From: a virus
Lineage: Duplodnaviria; Caudoviricetes
IMG/VR virus record: IMGVR_UViG_3300025608_000089
Span: 1-24,099 of that record
DNA length: 24,099 nucleotides
Strand: one strand, 5' to 3'
Shown here: one piece after another, positions 8,495-19,001 of the stretch
How positions within the stretch are numbered: the first letter of the stretch is position 1
How the letters are laid out: each line of letters starts with the position of its first letter
The notes under the pieces: generated by a model
The model's input: only the letters and a program-made list of their open reading frames with translations
Databases searched by the model: none
Told to the model about the DNA's origin: nothing
Translations under genes and position numbers: made by a program

Positions 8495-10327
8495 ATGGCA
8501 AAAAAAATATCATATTCGACAAGAGACTTTGCGGGGTTAAGAGAAGAACTTGTAAACTTAAGTAAAGAGTATTATCCTGATTTAGTTAAAAACACTAATG
8601 ACGCATCGATCTTTTCGGTTCTATTAGATTTAAATGCCGCAATTGGGGATAACCTACATTACCATATCGATAGGGTGTGGCAGGAGACCATGTTGGATTT
8701 TGCTCAACAAAGAAGATCTCTTTTTCACATCGCAAAAACATATGGAATGAGAATACCCGGTAACCGACCGTCGGTATCTTTATGTGATTTTTCTATCAAC
8801 GTACCTGTTAGGGGTGATAAGGAAGATGAAAGGTATTTGGGAATTCTTAGGTCTGGTGCTCAAGTATCGGGTGGTGGACAAATATTTGAAACAATTGAAG
8901 ATACGGACTTTTCAAACCCATTTAATAATAAAGGTGAACCTAATAGATTAAAGATACCTAATTTTGATTCTAATAACAAACTGATATCTTATACTATAAC
9001 TAAGAGAGAAGCGGTAGTAAACGGAGTGTCAAGAGTTTATAGGAGGGTAATTACAAGTCAAGACCAAAAACCATTCTTAAAATTATATCTACCAGAACAA
9101 AATGTTTTGGGTGTGGTGTCTGTTATACATAAAGAGGGTACGAACTTTACGTCTAATCCCTCAACAACTGAATTTAGTAATTCATCAAATAAGTGGTATG
9201 AGGTTAAGTCCTTAATGGAGGATAAAGTATTTATACCAAATCCAACATCGGCGTCGGATAAAAAGAATTTCATTGCCGGTGATAATAAAAGAGTAACAAA
9301 TAAATTTATTACCGAATACACACCAGAGGGTTACATGTCAGTAACCTTTGGTTCAGGAACTATCGATCCTTTAGATAACTTAGATTCTTTTAATGAAGGA
9401 TCTTTAAAGGTTAATCTTGGGTCGTATTTAAATAATTTATCGTTAGGTGCAACACCAAAATCAAATAGTACGGTTTTCATAAAATATCGTATTGGTGGTG
9501 GAAAAGACACAAATTTAGGTGTCAACGTCATTACAAGTATTGATAATGTGGAATTTAATGTAACTGGTCCATTGACCAATGTAAATAACCAAGTAGTACA
9601 ATCATTAAGAGTTGCAAATGTAACTCCCGCTGTTGGTGGGGCTGATCAACCAACAGTTGAGGAAATAAGAAATATGGTTGGATATAACTTTTCAGCACAG
9701 AATAGAGCTGTTACACTTAACGATTATAAATCATTAATCGAGACAATGCCTTCAACATATGGGGCACCGGCTAAGGTTAATGTAATGGAAGAAGATAATA
9801 AAATTAGAATCAAATTACTTTCATATAATAGTGATGGTACATTAACAGATACCGTTTCAACAACATTAAAAAATAACATAATGAATTATCTTACTAACTA
9901 TAGAATGATAAATGATTATTTGGATATTGTTAGTGGTGAAGTAATTGATATGGGATTAGAGGTGGATTTAGTAATAGATAAAAACACAACTCAAACAGAA
10001 GTTATTAAAGATGTAATTGAGTCTGTAACAAACTATTTCACTATTGATAGTAGAAAGATGGGGGATCCTCTATTCGTTGGAGAGTTAAAGAAAACGGTTG
10101 GTGATGTTACGGGTGTGGTTAATGTTGTAGATCTTAGAGTCTTTGGTAAAACTGAGGGTGAATATTCTATGGCTGAGGTATCACAAGGATATGTTAGTGA
10201 AGAAACAAAAGAGATTCAACAGTCAGATTCTACTATATACATGAAAAATAATCAGATATATCAAATTAGGTTCCCTAAGAAAGATATTAAAGTTAGAATA
10301 AAAACACTCACTTCCACTACATTTTAA
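8495..10327 (+). CDS. Baseplate wedge protein, T4 gp6 / Baseplate J-like
   Basis: 610 aa; N-terminal 'YSTRDFAGLREEL', 'IAKTYG', 'VTFGSG', 'YRIGGG..TN', 'AVGGAD..TVEEIR', 'AQNRAVTLNDY' motifs of gp6-like wedge proteins; follows gp25. Confidence 0.88.
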   Translation: MAKKISYSTRDFAGLREELVNLSKEYYPDLVKNTNDASIFSVLLDLNAAIGDNLHYHIDRVWQETMLDFAQQRRSLFHIAKTYGMRIPGNRPSVSLCDFSINVPVRGDKEDERYLGILRSGAQVSGGGQIFETIEDTDFSNPFNNKGEPNRLKIPNFDSNNKLISYTITKREAVVNGVSRVYRRVITSQDQKPFLKLYLPEQNVLGVVSVIHKEGTNFTSNPSTTEFSNSSNKWYEVKSLMEDKVFIPNPTSASDKKNFIAGDNKRVTNKFITEYTPEGYMSVTFGSGTIDPLDNLDSFNEGSLKVNLGSYLNNLSLGATPKSNSTVFIKYRIGGGKDTNLGVNVITSIDNVEFNVTGPLTNVNNQVVQSLRVANVTPAVGGADQPTVEEIRNMVGYNFSAQNRAVTLNDYKSLIETMPSTYGAPAKVNVMEEDNKIRIKLLSYNSDGTLTDTVSTTLKNNIMNYLTNYRMINDYLDIVSGEVIDMGLEVDLVIDKNTTQTEVIKDVIESVTNYFTIDSRKMGDPLFVGELKKTVGDVTGVVNVVDLRVFGKTEGEYSMAEVSQGYVSEETKEIQQSDSTIYMKNNQIYQIRFPKKDIKVRIKTLTSTTF

Positions 10328-10374
10328 TTAGTATTTTATGTATTATTAATATTATGAGAAAATAGGTTGTAATC

Positions 10375-10383
10375 TATTTATAA
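10375..10383 (+). promoter_or_regulatory. Candidate late-promoter motif TATTTATAA
   Basis: In the 59-nt intergenic gap, ending 3 nt before ATG 10387. Confidence 0.45.
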
Positions 10384-10386
10384 TAT

Positions 10387-13300
10387 ATGATACAAAAACA
10401 CAGAATACGAACTGAGATTGGTCAGGATCAAAAATTGACTGTTGAATTAAAACAGGACTTTGATCTTTTAGAAATCCTTTCTCTTAAATTCACACAACAA
10501 GACATTTATGCATCACTTTGTGCTGATTATGGTGTTGTTGCTGGTCGTATTTCCGTTAATGATGGGTTTGGTGTGGCAAATGCCAGAGTTTCTATTTTCA
10601 TACCATTAAGTGATGAGGATAGTGATGACCCAATCATAAGTGAATTATATCCGTATACCACAACGTCTGAAACTAATAATGATGGTTATAGATACAATTT
10701 ACTTCCATCAAGAAAACAACACACTGGACATACACCCACAGGTACTTTCCCCGATCAAGAAGATATATTAGGTAGAGAAGAAATTTTAGAGGTGTATGAA
10801 AAATACTACAAATACACTGTAAAGACAAATGATTCGGGTGATTTTATGATATGGGGGGTCCCTGTCGGATCTCAAACGATTCACGTTGACGTTGATATGT
10901 CAGATATGGGATGTCAGTCTTTAGTACCTTATGACTTTATATATGAGGGTGTATCCGAACAAAAGTTTGAAAACGGATATACCTTTATGAGTTCGAACAA
11001 TATCGCGGGATTACCACAAATAACAACATTTGAAAAAACTATAGAAGTTTATCCTTTTTGGGGTAATGAAGATCTATGTGAGATTGGTATAACGAGAACT
11101 GACTTTGATTTAAAGGAACAGGGAATACGTATTGAACCATATTCAATTATGATGGGTGGTTCTTTTACCGACTCGGGAAAAGAGTCTGTTAGAGTAAAAT
11201 GTAACGTGGATAATCAAATGGGTGAAAAATGCTCACTCATTACAGGAAAGGGTGATATTGAGGCAATACGATTCACAGGTGAGTACGAAAAAAACGCAGA
11301 TGGGACGTTAAATTATGAAAAACCAGAGCTTGAAGCAATACAATTAGACTCAGAAATAGATGATGATGGTAATTTCTTCTTTAGAGTACCTATGAACATG
11401 AGGTACATTATAACTGATGAATTTGGTGATACTGTAGTTGTAAAGGATAGGAATAAGGGAATTGCCACGAGATCTACATATAGGTTTAGACTTTCATTAC
11501 AGAACGATAATGGTTCCAAAAAACAGTATAGAGGTAAATACCTTATCCCACAAGTTAAGGAACATCAACTTGGTACATACACACCACCAACAAGTGGACA
11601 ACCATATTTTCAAACACATTTTACAGACTCAAGGTCATATACCTTTTCTACCGACATTATGGAATACCCACCAGACGCTCGTGTGGATATAGGAGGATTA
11701 AACAACAATGGTTTTTCAAACGATTATTTTTATTCTTTTAGGTATGGTAGAGTTTATACTGTTTCTTCTTTTATCAATCAATACAATAATAAAGGATGGT
11801 GGGAGAAAAACTTCTCATTATTTACGAAAGATAAAAATGAGTCTTTCATTGGTATTAAGGAAATACAACCGGCGATTGAAGAAGACTGTCCGAACAATAA
11901 TGAGTATTTCCCAATAAATGATGCGGTAAGTAATTTCAAGTTTAAATTCTTAATAATTATAATTTTAAATTTCTTAGAAAGGATTTACCTATTAATAACT
12001 CAGTTTGCTATAGATTTTATTGTTGAATTTTTATTTGACATAAGTGAGATTCTTTATGGGTTTGAAATTAAAATTGACTTAAAACTTATAAAATGGTCTT
12101 GGAGACCTTTCGCCTCTGTGGCGACGAGATTAGCGAGAACGGCAAAAAAAGTACAAGTAACAACTTTGAGGAGATTAGGTTTAGTAAATTATCCTGATTG
12201 TTATGAGTGTAACACTGACCCGGGTACGGATAGTCAGTCTTCAGGTGGACAGGAAGATGAATATGACTACATCATTGTGGATGAAGGGTATGAAGAGGAT
12301 TTCATTAATGCTACGGGACAATATTCGGGGTCTACAGCATTAACTCCAATTGCAACTAATTTAGACGGGACTCACGGATATGACCCAAATTCAACCAATG
12401 ATGATACGTATTTGTCTTTAAATATACCCGGCATATCCGATATAAAAAATTACATAATAAAAGTTATTACGGTTGCAGAAGTCATTGAGGTTACGGAAGT
12501 AATAGAAGTTACCGCAACACAAGCAAATATTGATAATGGGGATGCAACTGCAATTGATGGTCCACAAGGTGGAGCGGCAGCGACAAGTTTAAGTGATATT
12601 ATGGTTGTTGGTGTTGCCGGAGTGGATGGGGTTGATGAAAAATCTGAATATTTTTTTATTGGGTATGGAAGTACGTATACTATTACTCCATTAGTTGGTT
12701 CTACAGCATATTCGTATTTACCAAGTTATATTCATGAAGTGGTGTATGAAGAAAATAATTTAACCGACGCTGACCCAAGACCAACCTCGGTTAGTGGAAC
12801 TGCCTTGTTATCTGCCGGAGTGATACGTATAAGTGAAGTGTATTTCGTTTCGGAATTAACACAAACATCTTCAGGTGTGAATCCACCCACTGAGAGTGGT
12901 TGTGAAAAGTATGATACTATATATGACCCTGATGGTGATATGTCATTAAAGGCTTATATAAATAATGTGGCAGGAACTAAAACGTATGACTACTTTAAGG
13001 CAAATCCTAACGAATATCAAGACTACCCTGATGTTTTCTATGATGGTAATGAAAATCCTTGTGACACACCACCACCGATTGAAGATATCGTTGGAACCTT
13101 TAGTCGGTCAGCAGAAAACCATATTTTAGGTAACAATTGGGGAGGACATAAAGGTGAACAATTTCCAAGACGAGTAGCATTAAGTCAAGGGTGGGGTGGT
13201 GTTACTGGATTACCCGTGGAGGATCGAGATGGTACTGCGTCGGGTTATTCTGAATTTGCGGATGGACAATACGCACTTGTTGCTGCCACAGGTAAGAACG

Positions 13301-14397
13301 CGAAATTAATTATGAACTACTCAAGAAGAAAACTACTCGGTAAACTAATGTGTGCGGGAGTAACTTCATACAGTTTTGGTAATAGTTGGTTAAATGGTTC
13401 ACTATATTTCTTCCAATTCAGAAGAAGAAGGGGTGGTTCTAATGCAAGGTATTGTAAAGATTTAATTTATAGAAAACATGATGATAATGGAGTTCATTAT
13501 TATTATAGATCAACACCATATATTAACGGTCAGTTTGTTGGTGAAATAGGTGAAAGTGGGTATGGTGAAATATTATTCCCAACAACAATTATTGATTTGG
13601 GACCAAAAAACATGTATATAAAAGAGATATGTGTTGATCCTGAATTAGATGTGAATTGTTCAGTGTCCAAAAGTATTGGAAACTCAACTTACCAAGATAT
13701 AAACGATCTTATGGAATATGTTATTGCATCTAAAGAAGTTAAAGAACAAGGTAAATTAAAAGTTCAAGATCTTTTTGATAGAAGAGGTGGTGGTAAGATA
13801 GATGGTGATATTGCTCAATTATTAAATTTTAATTCACAACTCGGGTTATACGGATATAATGATGAAGATGATCAAAGCCCATATTACAGTTCAACACAAA
13901 CACTTTTTGATGGTTTTGGACCCGTGGGTATTGATTATGTATTTTCAGAAGATGATGAGGATACGGAAATTGTCGAAAAAGACGGAACTTTACTTAGATT
14001 ATGTATTAACGCGGCTGGTAATTTAACAGAAACCGCTCAAGAAGTCCCATACTATAAATGGAATAAAAGGGGTGATGGATTCGGATCAAACGGTGGTAAT
14101 TCGGAAAAACAAGAATGGGATTTAGATTATATACATAGTACTAAGTATCAAGGTGGTTGGGATTATAATGGATTAATGGAACCTCGACCAGCGAATGTTC
14201 CTGCGGGTGGAGATCCAACAGAAAATATAAATGGACATTATTATGATGGGTCTATGTTACCACCAATACGAGATTGTGGTGATGATAATTATTCGGATGA
14301 GAAAATACCAATCGGTGGTCCTTTCTTCTTCTACTTTGGTTTAAGAACGGGTAAAACGTCATGGAATAAATTTATTCAAAAATTTGGGCCATTATGA
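10387..14397 (+). CDS. Large putative virion/baseplate-associated protein with N-terminal carboxypeptidase-regulatory-like beta sandwich and an internal hydrophobic segment
   Basis: 1336-aa ORF. 'GRISVNDGFGVANARVSIFI...VKTNDSGDFMIWGVPVGSQTIHVDVD' resembles CarboxypepD_reg/prealbumin-like folds. Hydrophobic stretch at ~11947-12110. 16 Cys. Virion role inferred from context. Confidence 0.6.
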   Translation: MIQKHRIRTEIGQDQKLTVELKQDFDLLEILSLKFTQQDIYASLCADYGVVAGRISVNDGFGVANARVSIFIPLSDEDSDDPIISELYPYTTTSETNNDGYRYNLLPSRKQHTGHTPTGTFPDQEDILGREEILEVYEKYYKYTVKTNDSGDFMIWGVPVGSQTIHVDVDMSDMGCQSLVPYDFIYEGVSEQKFENGYTFMSSNNIAGLPQITTFEKTIEVYPFWGNEDLCEIGITRTDFDLKEQGIRIEPYSIMMGGSFTDSGKESVRVKCNVDNQMGEKCSLITGKGDIEAIRFTGEYEKNADGTLNYEKPELEAIQLDSEIDDDGNFFFRVPMNMRYIITDEFGDTVVVKDRNKGIATRSTYRFRLSLQNDNGSKKQYRGKYLIPQVKEHQLGTYTPPTSGQPYFQTHFTDSRSYTFSTDIMEYPPDARVDIGGLNNNGFSNDYFYSFRYGRVYTVSSFINQYNNKGWWEKNFSLFTKDKNESFIGIKEIQPAIEEDCPNNNEYFPINDAVSNFKFKFLIIIILNFLERIYLLITQFAIDFIVEFLFDISEILYGFEIKIDLKLIKWSWRPFASVATRLARTAKKVQVTTLRRLGLVNYPDCYECNTDPGTDSQSSGGQEDEYDYIIVDEGYEEDFINATGQYSGSTALTPIATNLDGTHGYDPNSTNDDTYLSLNIPGISDIKNYIIKVITVAEVIEVTEVIEVTATQANIDNGDATAIDGPQGGAAATSLSDIMVVGVAGVDGVDEKSEYFFIGYGSTYTITPLVGSTAYSYLPSYIHEVVYEENNLTDADPRPTSVSGTALLSAGVIRISEVYFVSELTQTSSGVNPPTESGCEKYDTIYDPDGDMSLKAYINNVAGTKTYDYFKANPNEYQDYPDVFYDGNENPCDTPPPIEDIVGTFSRSAENHILGNNWGGHKGEQFPRRVALSQGWGGVTGLPVEDRDGTASGYSEFADGQYALVAATGKNAKLIMNYSRRKLLGKLMCAGVTSYSFGNSWLNGSLYFFQFRRRRGGSNARYCKDLIYRKHDDNGVHYYYRSTPYINGQFVGEIGESGYGEILFPTTIIDLGPKNMYIKEICVDPELDVNCSVSKSIGNSTYQDINDLMEYVIASKEVKEQGKLKVQDLFDRRGGGKIDGDIAQLLNFNSQLGLYGYNDEDDQSPYYSSTQTLFDGFGPVGIDYVFSEDDEDTEIVEKDGTLLRLCINAAGNLTETAQEVPYYKWNKRGDGFGSNGGNSEKQEWDLDYIHSTKYQGGWDYNGLMEPRPANVPAGGDPTENINGHYYDGSMLPPIRDCGDDNYSDEKIPIGGPFFFYFGLRTGKTSWNKFIQKFGPL

Positions 14398-16157
14398 TAA
14401 AAAAGAAAATTGTACACCCAACAGAAAGATTTAGTGGATCTACGGACGAAAACTTAAACCTGAGGGTTGGTCTTGAAAGAGATGAACAACTTTTAAGGGA
14501 GGGTGATAGAAATATTATATTGGACATTAATGAATTGTTCAAAAAAGAAAGGAACGAAAGTACTAAATATAAAATCTACGGTAAAACTAAGATGATATTT
14601 CGTAACCTTTATAGTGGTGTAACAACTTACGATCCACTCAAAAATAGTTTATATGATTTGGGTGATGGGTTGGATTCTGATTGGGAGGGTTACCTACCTT
14701 ATAATGAATTTGCGTTTATCAGAAGAGACACGGTTAGAGAAGTGTCAACAATCACAGGTGACACTGTTGGTAGTTTCAATCAAACAATAACGTTAACAGG
14801 TCCTACTGACCATAAAACAATCACAGAGATGGATTCCTCATCTTGGAATTGGAATTTTCATCTAAGTTATGTTTATGATCACGATAGTACATATCCTATG
14901 AGATATACATTATCAGGAGATACAGTTTACAACTTCACTGCAGAAGCTGGTGTACCCTTTAGAGTTGAAGTTTATGATGAATCATATCGACTTGTTAGTC
15001 CTATAAAACATAATATGTCCTTGGGTGAGTTTGTAGTTTTATCGGGATCGACATTAACAAGTGCAAGTAGATCATCAAGAGTTTTTGGGATAACATCACT
15101 CGGAGACCAAAATTATGATTCCGAATCATTTGTAATAAACATACAAAAAAGTGAGTTCACTCAAAACCAAATTACTGCGATGGACTCTATTGGTGTTGTT
15201 TTTGGTAGAAGATGTTTGGATAGAACGAATGTTGATGAAACAATTTCCGAATACTATGTTCACAAACATAAGACATTAACAACACCTGACGAGTGTATTA
15301 TTGATAATGCTGGTTTTGAAACACCCATTTTTGAAATCGAAAGAAAATTACAATTTGAAACTGCGGATGAGAGAAATGATGTTTATGTTGAACAGAATAG
15401 ACCTGAATCAGTATTATATCATTTTAAAAATGCTGTGGATATAAGAGGGTTAAGAAATAACTACAATTACACACCAACTGAGGTTTACTTAACAACCACA
15501 TTTAGAAACAGAAATGGGTACTTTAATTACCCACCGAGGAATGGTTGGAAATTTAATTTCCACAATACATGGGTTGACGAACAATTTGATATGGGGTTTT
15601 CGGGGTCTGACACAAACTTACCTTTTACTACCTCAACCGTTGGGTCGTTTACGTTTAAAGAAGGTGATGAATTACCGATTGGTACTGTGTTGGACGGTGC
15701 ATTTGTTGAATATAATAATCAGGACTTTAAAGAAACAATTCTAAGTGAAGGGTTTCATAAAATTACAGTACCTGTGGACATATACAATCATTTACAAAGT
15801 AGTACTGCCAATTTTGCGGGTGTGTCACAATCAAACCCTGTGGGGTTAATATACCAACCACATTATAGAATTAAATTGAGAGAATTGTCTCCTTATGTTG
15901 AAACTGCGAGAACTAATGACATACATAATTTACCTGAAAATGTTATTTATGATGAATTTAACGCGGTGTGGAAATGGAGGGACCTATATGATCACGGTTA
16001 TGTAGATCCAGATGGGTTTGGGACAAACCACCCTTTTACAAATGGGCAACATTACATCCAAAGTGATATAAATTTTTTACTCAGGAACGAAGAAAGGTTT
16101 CTTAATAAAGGTGTTGGACTTAAAGGGTTTACTACTGAAAATGATATTGATTGTTAA
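14394..16157 (+). CDS. Hypothetical putative virion protein
   Basis: 587-aa ORF; ATGA overlap with the upstream gene; beta-rich composition; ends in Cys (ENDIDC). Confidence 0.7.
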   Translation: MIKKKIVHPTERFSGSTDENLNLRVGLERDEQLLREGDRNIILDINELFKKERNESTKYKIYGKTKMIFRNLYSGVTTYDPLKNSLYDLGDGLDSDWEGYLPYNEFAFIRRDTVREVSTITGDTVGSFNQTITLTGPTDHKTITEMDSSSWNWNFHLSYVYDHDSTYPMRYTLSGDTVYNFTAEAGVPFRVEVYDESYRLVSPIKHNMSLGEFVVLSGSTLTSASRSSRVFGITSLGDQNYDSESFVINIQKSEFTQNQITAMDSIGVVFGRRCLDRTNVDETISEYYVHKHKTLTTPDECIIDNAGFETPIFEIERKLQFETADERNDVYVEQNRPESVLYHFKNAVDIRGLRNNYNYTPTEVYLTTTFRNRNGYFNYPPRNGWKFNFHNTWVDEQFDMGFSGSDTNLPFTTSTVGSFTFKEGDELPIGTVLDGAFVEYNNQDFKETILSEGFHKITVPVDIYNHLQSSTANFAGVSQSNPVGLIYQPHYRIKLRELSPYVETARTNDIHNLPENVIYDEFNAVWKWRDLYDHGYVDPDGFGTNHPFTNGQHYIQSDINFLLRNEERFLNKGVGLKGFTTENDIDC

Positions 16158-16952
16158 ATGAAGTTAAGAAAACAAAACGGAGATAAAAATTTAGTCTTAG
16201 GGTCTAATCAAAATTTTAGAACTGACGCAGGATGGGATGAATCATTCCAAACATATCAGCGAGAAGTTTTGGAGGATATAATTAATCCAGTAGAAAATTA
16301 CGAGACATGTAGGTACATACACAAACCTTACACGTCCAATGGGATTGAACAAACCGATATATGGTTACAATTCCTTTTTAAAAAAAATGGTTCATACAAT
16401 GACGGTTTAGATTATTACAGAGTTGGGATTGAACAAAGTGATAATAAGATAGAAACCTTAAAAAATAGTTTTTTTAAGTTAGAGTTTTATAAAACACCCA
16501 ATAATGACCCACCAAACAGACAAAACAGGAGATTAGTCTTTTCAAAAAACCTAAATCCTATGGTTGGGGAAGATCTAATTTTAGATACTGGTCAGGAAAT
16601 TAAGATCCCTGTATTTTGTGGAACACCATTTAGAAATAAAGAGAATATGTATCTCTTTTGGTTTGAAGATGATACGGTACTCGAAGAATCAGTATTAACT
16701 GGTGGTACGTTTTATATGACTGCAAAATTTTATAATGCATACAACGGTGATAAGACACAGTTTTTAAATAGTGATCTTGGTAATGATGTGGTTCCTGTTG
16801 AAGAGGAGGATTTGTACTTTTTGGTGGAAATGGATAGAACTAATGAACCAACATATAATTACGCAATTTACGTATATGATCCCTATGGGTTTGGAAAAGG
16901 TGGTAGAGTGGGGTCTCCGACTTCCCCGATTAAATTTTATGAGATGGAATGA
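16158..16952 (+). CDS. Hypothetical putative virion protein
   Basis: 264-aa ORF abutting the upstream stop (TAAATG); aromatic-rich; no recognised family. Confidence 0.7.
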   Translation: MKLRKQNGDKNLVLGSNQNFRTDAGWDESFQTYQREVLEDIINPVENYETCRYIHKPYTSNGIEQTDIWLQFLFKKNGSYNDGLDYYRVGIEQSDNKIETLKNSFFKLEFYKTPNNDPPNRQNRRLVFSKNLNPMVGEDLILDTGQEIKIPVFCGTPFRNKENMYLFWFEDDTVLEESVLTGGTFYMTAKFYNAYNGDKTQFLNSDLGNDVVPVEEEDLYFLVEMDRTNEPTYNYAIYVYDPYGFGKGGRVGSPTSPIKFYEME

Positions 16953-18061
16953 AAAATAATAAATACACATTTAGACTTAAAACAATTGAAACGGGATCAC
17001 TAACCTCGTTAACTGATCAGACATGGTATGACCCAAATGATAATATTATTCCGTGGTCGGGATCTAATGGGGTTTATATTGGACCTGAAGTGGGTGATGT
17101 AATATATAATTCAGGAAGTCTTTCTGAGGGATATTATAAATGGGGTGGTACATCATGGGGATCAATCACTAAAGAACAAGCATACGACACTTATGACCTT
17201 CCAGTTTATTTAGAATCGAACGCCGATGAAATGGGTGGTATGGTAGGTTTTGATGGTGATATAGAACAGGTAGAGGTGTTATGTAACTTTAATTACCAAA
17301 TAACAGGTGGGAATACGGTTAGACTCTACAATAGTGTTGACAGAGATAATCTTAAGATTATTTTAAACGAAACCTTCGATGTTGATTGGGGTGATGGAAA
17401 CGTTGACACCATAGATGTAAGTTCAGGTAGTAATCTGTCATTTTTACAACATACGTTTAGTTCTAATGGGTCGTATAATGTATCAATTTCCCTAAATAAA
17501 CCATGGGTAAACAAAAAAACCACAAAAAAAATAACAGTACCAAAAAATATTTCAGTGAGTAACCCCAACGGAACGTTTGGACCATTTACAATACCCTACA
17601 AAACAATAACAAACAGTCAAAATTATATAAATGATCTTGATATCACCGATAATGATTCGGACGCAACTTTACATTTTGCGGGTATTGGTAGGAGTAGAAT
17701 ATCAGAATTAAAAAAATACGGACAAAACACTTACAATGGTGTAACAACAGGAACTGACGGTACTGGATTAACATATACGGGTTATACTATTGATAACCTT
17801 ACATATCGAGACTACGATGATGGACATACAACAATAACAGGGACAACAACAACTTTTCAACAAGAAGAAGTCTTTAATAAGATGTTAACCAGAAACGAAC
17901 ATTTCATAGGTTTTATTGACGAACCATCTATTTATTCGGACGTATTTGTGGAAAGAGGGAAGCAAGGTGTCTTGGAAATGAATCTAAGGTTAGGGGAATT
18001 AGACAACGTTGGTGAATTATCTATCTACGGAAATGGTTTTTTTAATGTAAAAAAACAATAG
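16949..18061 (+). CDS. Putative virion protein with a PKD/Ig-like domain
   Basis: 370 aa; ATGA overlap; 'FDVDWGDG...LQHTFSSNGSYNVSISL...KKITVP' matches the PKD signature WGDG...HTY...GxYxV. Confidence 0.7.
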   Translation: MKNNKYTFRLKTIETGSLTSLTDQTWYDPNDNIIPWSGSNGVYIGPEVGDVIYNSGSLSEGYYKWGGTSWGSITKEQAYDTYDLPVYLESNADEMGGMVGFDGDIEQVEVLCNFNYQITGGNTVRLYNSVDRDNLKIILNETFDVDWGDGNVDTIDVSSGSNLSFLQHTFSSNGSYNVSISLNKPWVNKKTTKKITVPKNISVSNPNGTFGPFTIPYKTITNSQNYINDLDITDNDSDATLHFAGIGRSRISELKKYGQNTYNGVTTGTDGTGLTYTGYTIDNLTYRDYDDGHTTITGTTTTFQQEEVFNKMLTRNEHFIGFIDEPSIYSDVFVERGKQGVLEMNLRLGELDNVGELSIYGNGFFNVKKQ

Positions 18062-18066
18062 AATTA

Positions 18067-18075
18067 TATTTATTA
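18067..18075 (+). promoter_or_regulatory. Candidate late-promoter motif TATTTATTA
   Basis: In the 25-nt intergenic gap, ending 11 nt before ATG 18087. Confidence 0.45.
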
Positions 18076-18086
18076 ATTAAAAGAAT

Positions 18087-19001
18087 ATGGCAGTAGGTAG
18101 TTATGGCACGATTAGGCCGGCAGATGTATCACCATCCGATGTGGAAATTTTCTTTCACTACGTATCAGGAAGGACAGCGACGGCACCCGTGTTATTTAAA
18201 AAATTAAATTCGGAGGATGTCTTAACACCTGTTTATCATAATTCAGATACGACAGACAGTCCTGATGCACCTGACACTGAAATCTTAGGTGGTTTATATA
18301 ATCTTAAATTAAGTTCTTCAGATTTCGATGAATTGGGGATATATACACTACACATAAGACCTAAACAAATTAGAACGAGTATTACTGATTGTGGAATATT
18401 GGCTTCTTTACCGTCGGTAAGAGGAATTATTATTGATTTGAGTAACGTACCCGGTGGTGACCGAAATAAGTTCACACCTCAAGGGTTAACAGGATATAGA
18501 ATAGAGTACTTAAATGATGATGGTACAAAAATTCCAAACTTTTATAGAGTTGTAACATCTTCTTTCTATTGTAACCCAGTGGTTTCAAATTTAACAAGTA
18601 CATCACAGAAGGCAATTAGATACCAATACACTGATTCAGTCACTAATCTTTTATACTTAACGGTTACACCATCTTCGGCACCAACTAATAGACCGAATAC
18701 GGTACCATTTATTGGGGAACCGTCTCAGAATATAATTTTTACTAATACATTCTTCAACCCAACGACAATTGAGGTTGACATGGTTGAACATGATAACACA
18801 ACATTGGCATATGCGTTATACGGGAATCAATCGAAATCGGTTTCAGACGGAATATATACCATCTACGACAAATCTAATAACATATACAAACAATTTAACT
18901 TATTCGAGATTAAAGATGAGTTTAATGAAACACTATATGAAATCAGAGAAGAAAGAGATGAAGTTGATGACACTAAAAATTTCGATGATATTCAACAATA
19001 A
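18087..19001 (+). CDS. Hypothetical putative virion protein
   Basis: 304-aa ORF in the structural cluster; its TAA overlaps the next ATG (TAATG). Confidence 0.7.
   Translation: MAVGSYGTIRPADVSPSDVEIFFHYVSGRTATAPVLFKKLNSEDVLTPVYHNSDTTDSPDAPDTEILGGLYNLKLSSSDFDELGIYTLHIRPKQIRTSITDCGILASLPSVRGIIIDLSNVPGGDRNKFTPQGLTGYRIEYLNDDGTKIPNFYRVVTSSFYCNPVVSNLTSTSQKAIRYQYTDSVTNLLYLTVTPSSAPTNRPNTVPFIGEPSQNIIFTNTFFNPTTIEVDMVEHDNTTLAYALYGNQSKSVSDGIYTIYDKSNNIYKQFNLFEIKDEFNETLYEIREERDEVDDTKNFDDIQQ

Noticed and set aside
8041-10327. Bacterial contractile injection system (eCIS/T6SS) locus
   Set aside because: The wedge genes are directly linked to a phage-type replication module and no bacterial housekeeping context is present.
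1608-18061. Stop-codon reassignment as seen in some large phages
   Set aside because: Genes are full length under code 11. The TAG stops at 1608-1610 and 18059-18061 fall at natural gene ends and are followed shortly by in-frame TAA. TGA ends genes at ATGA overlaps.
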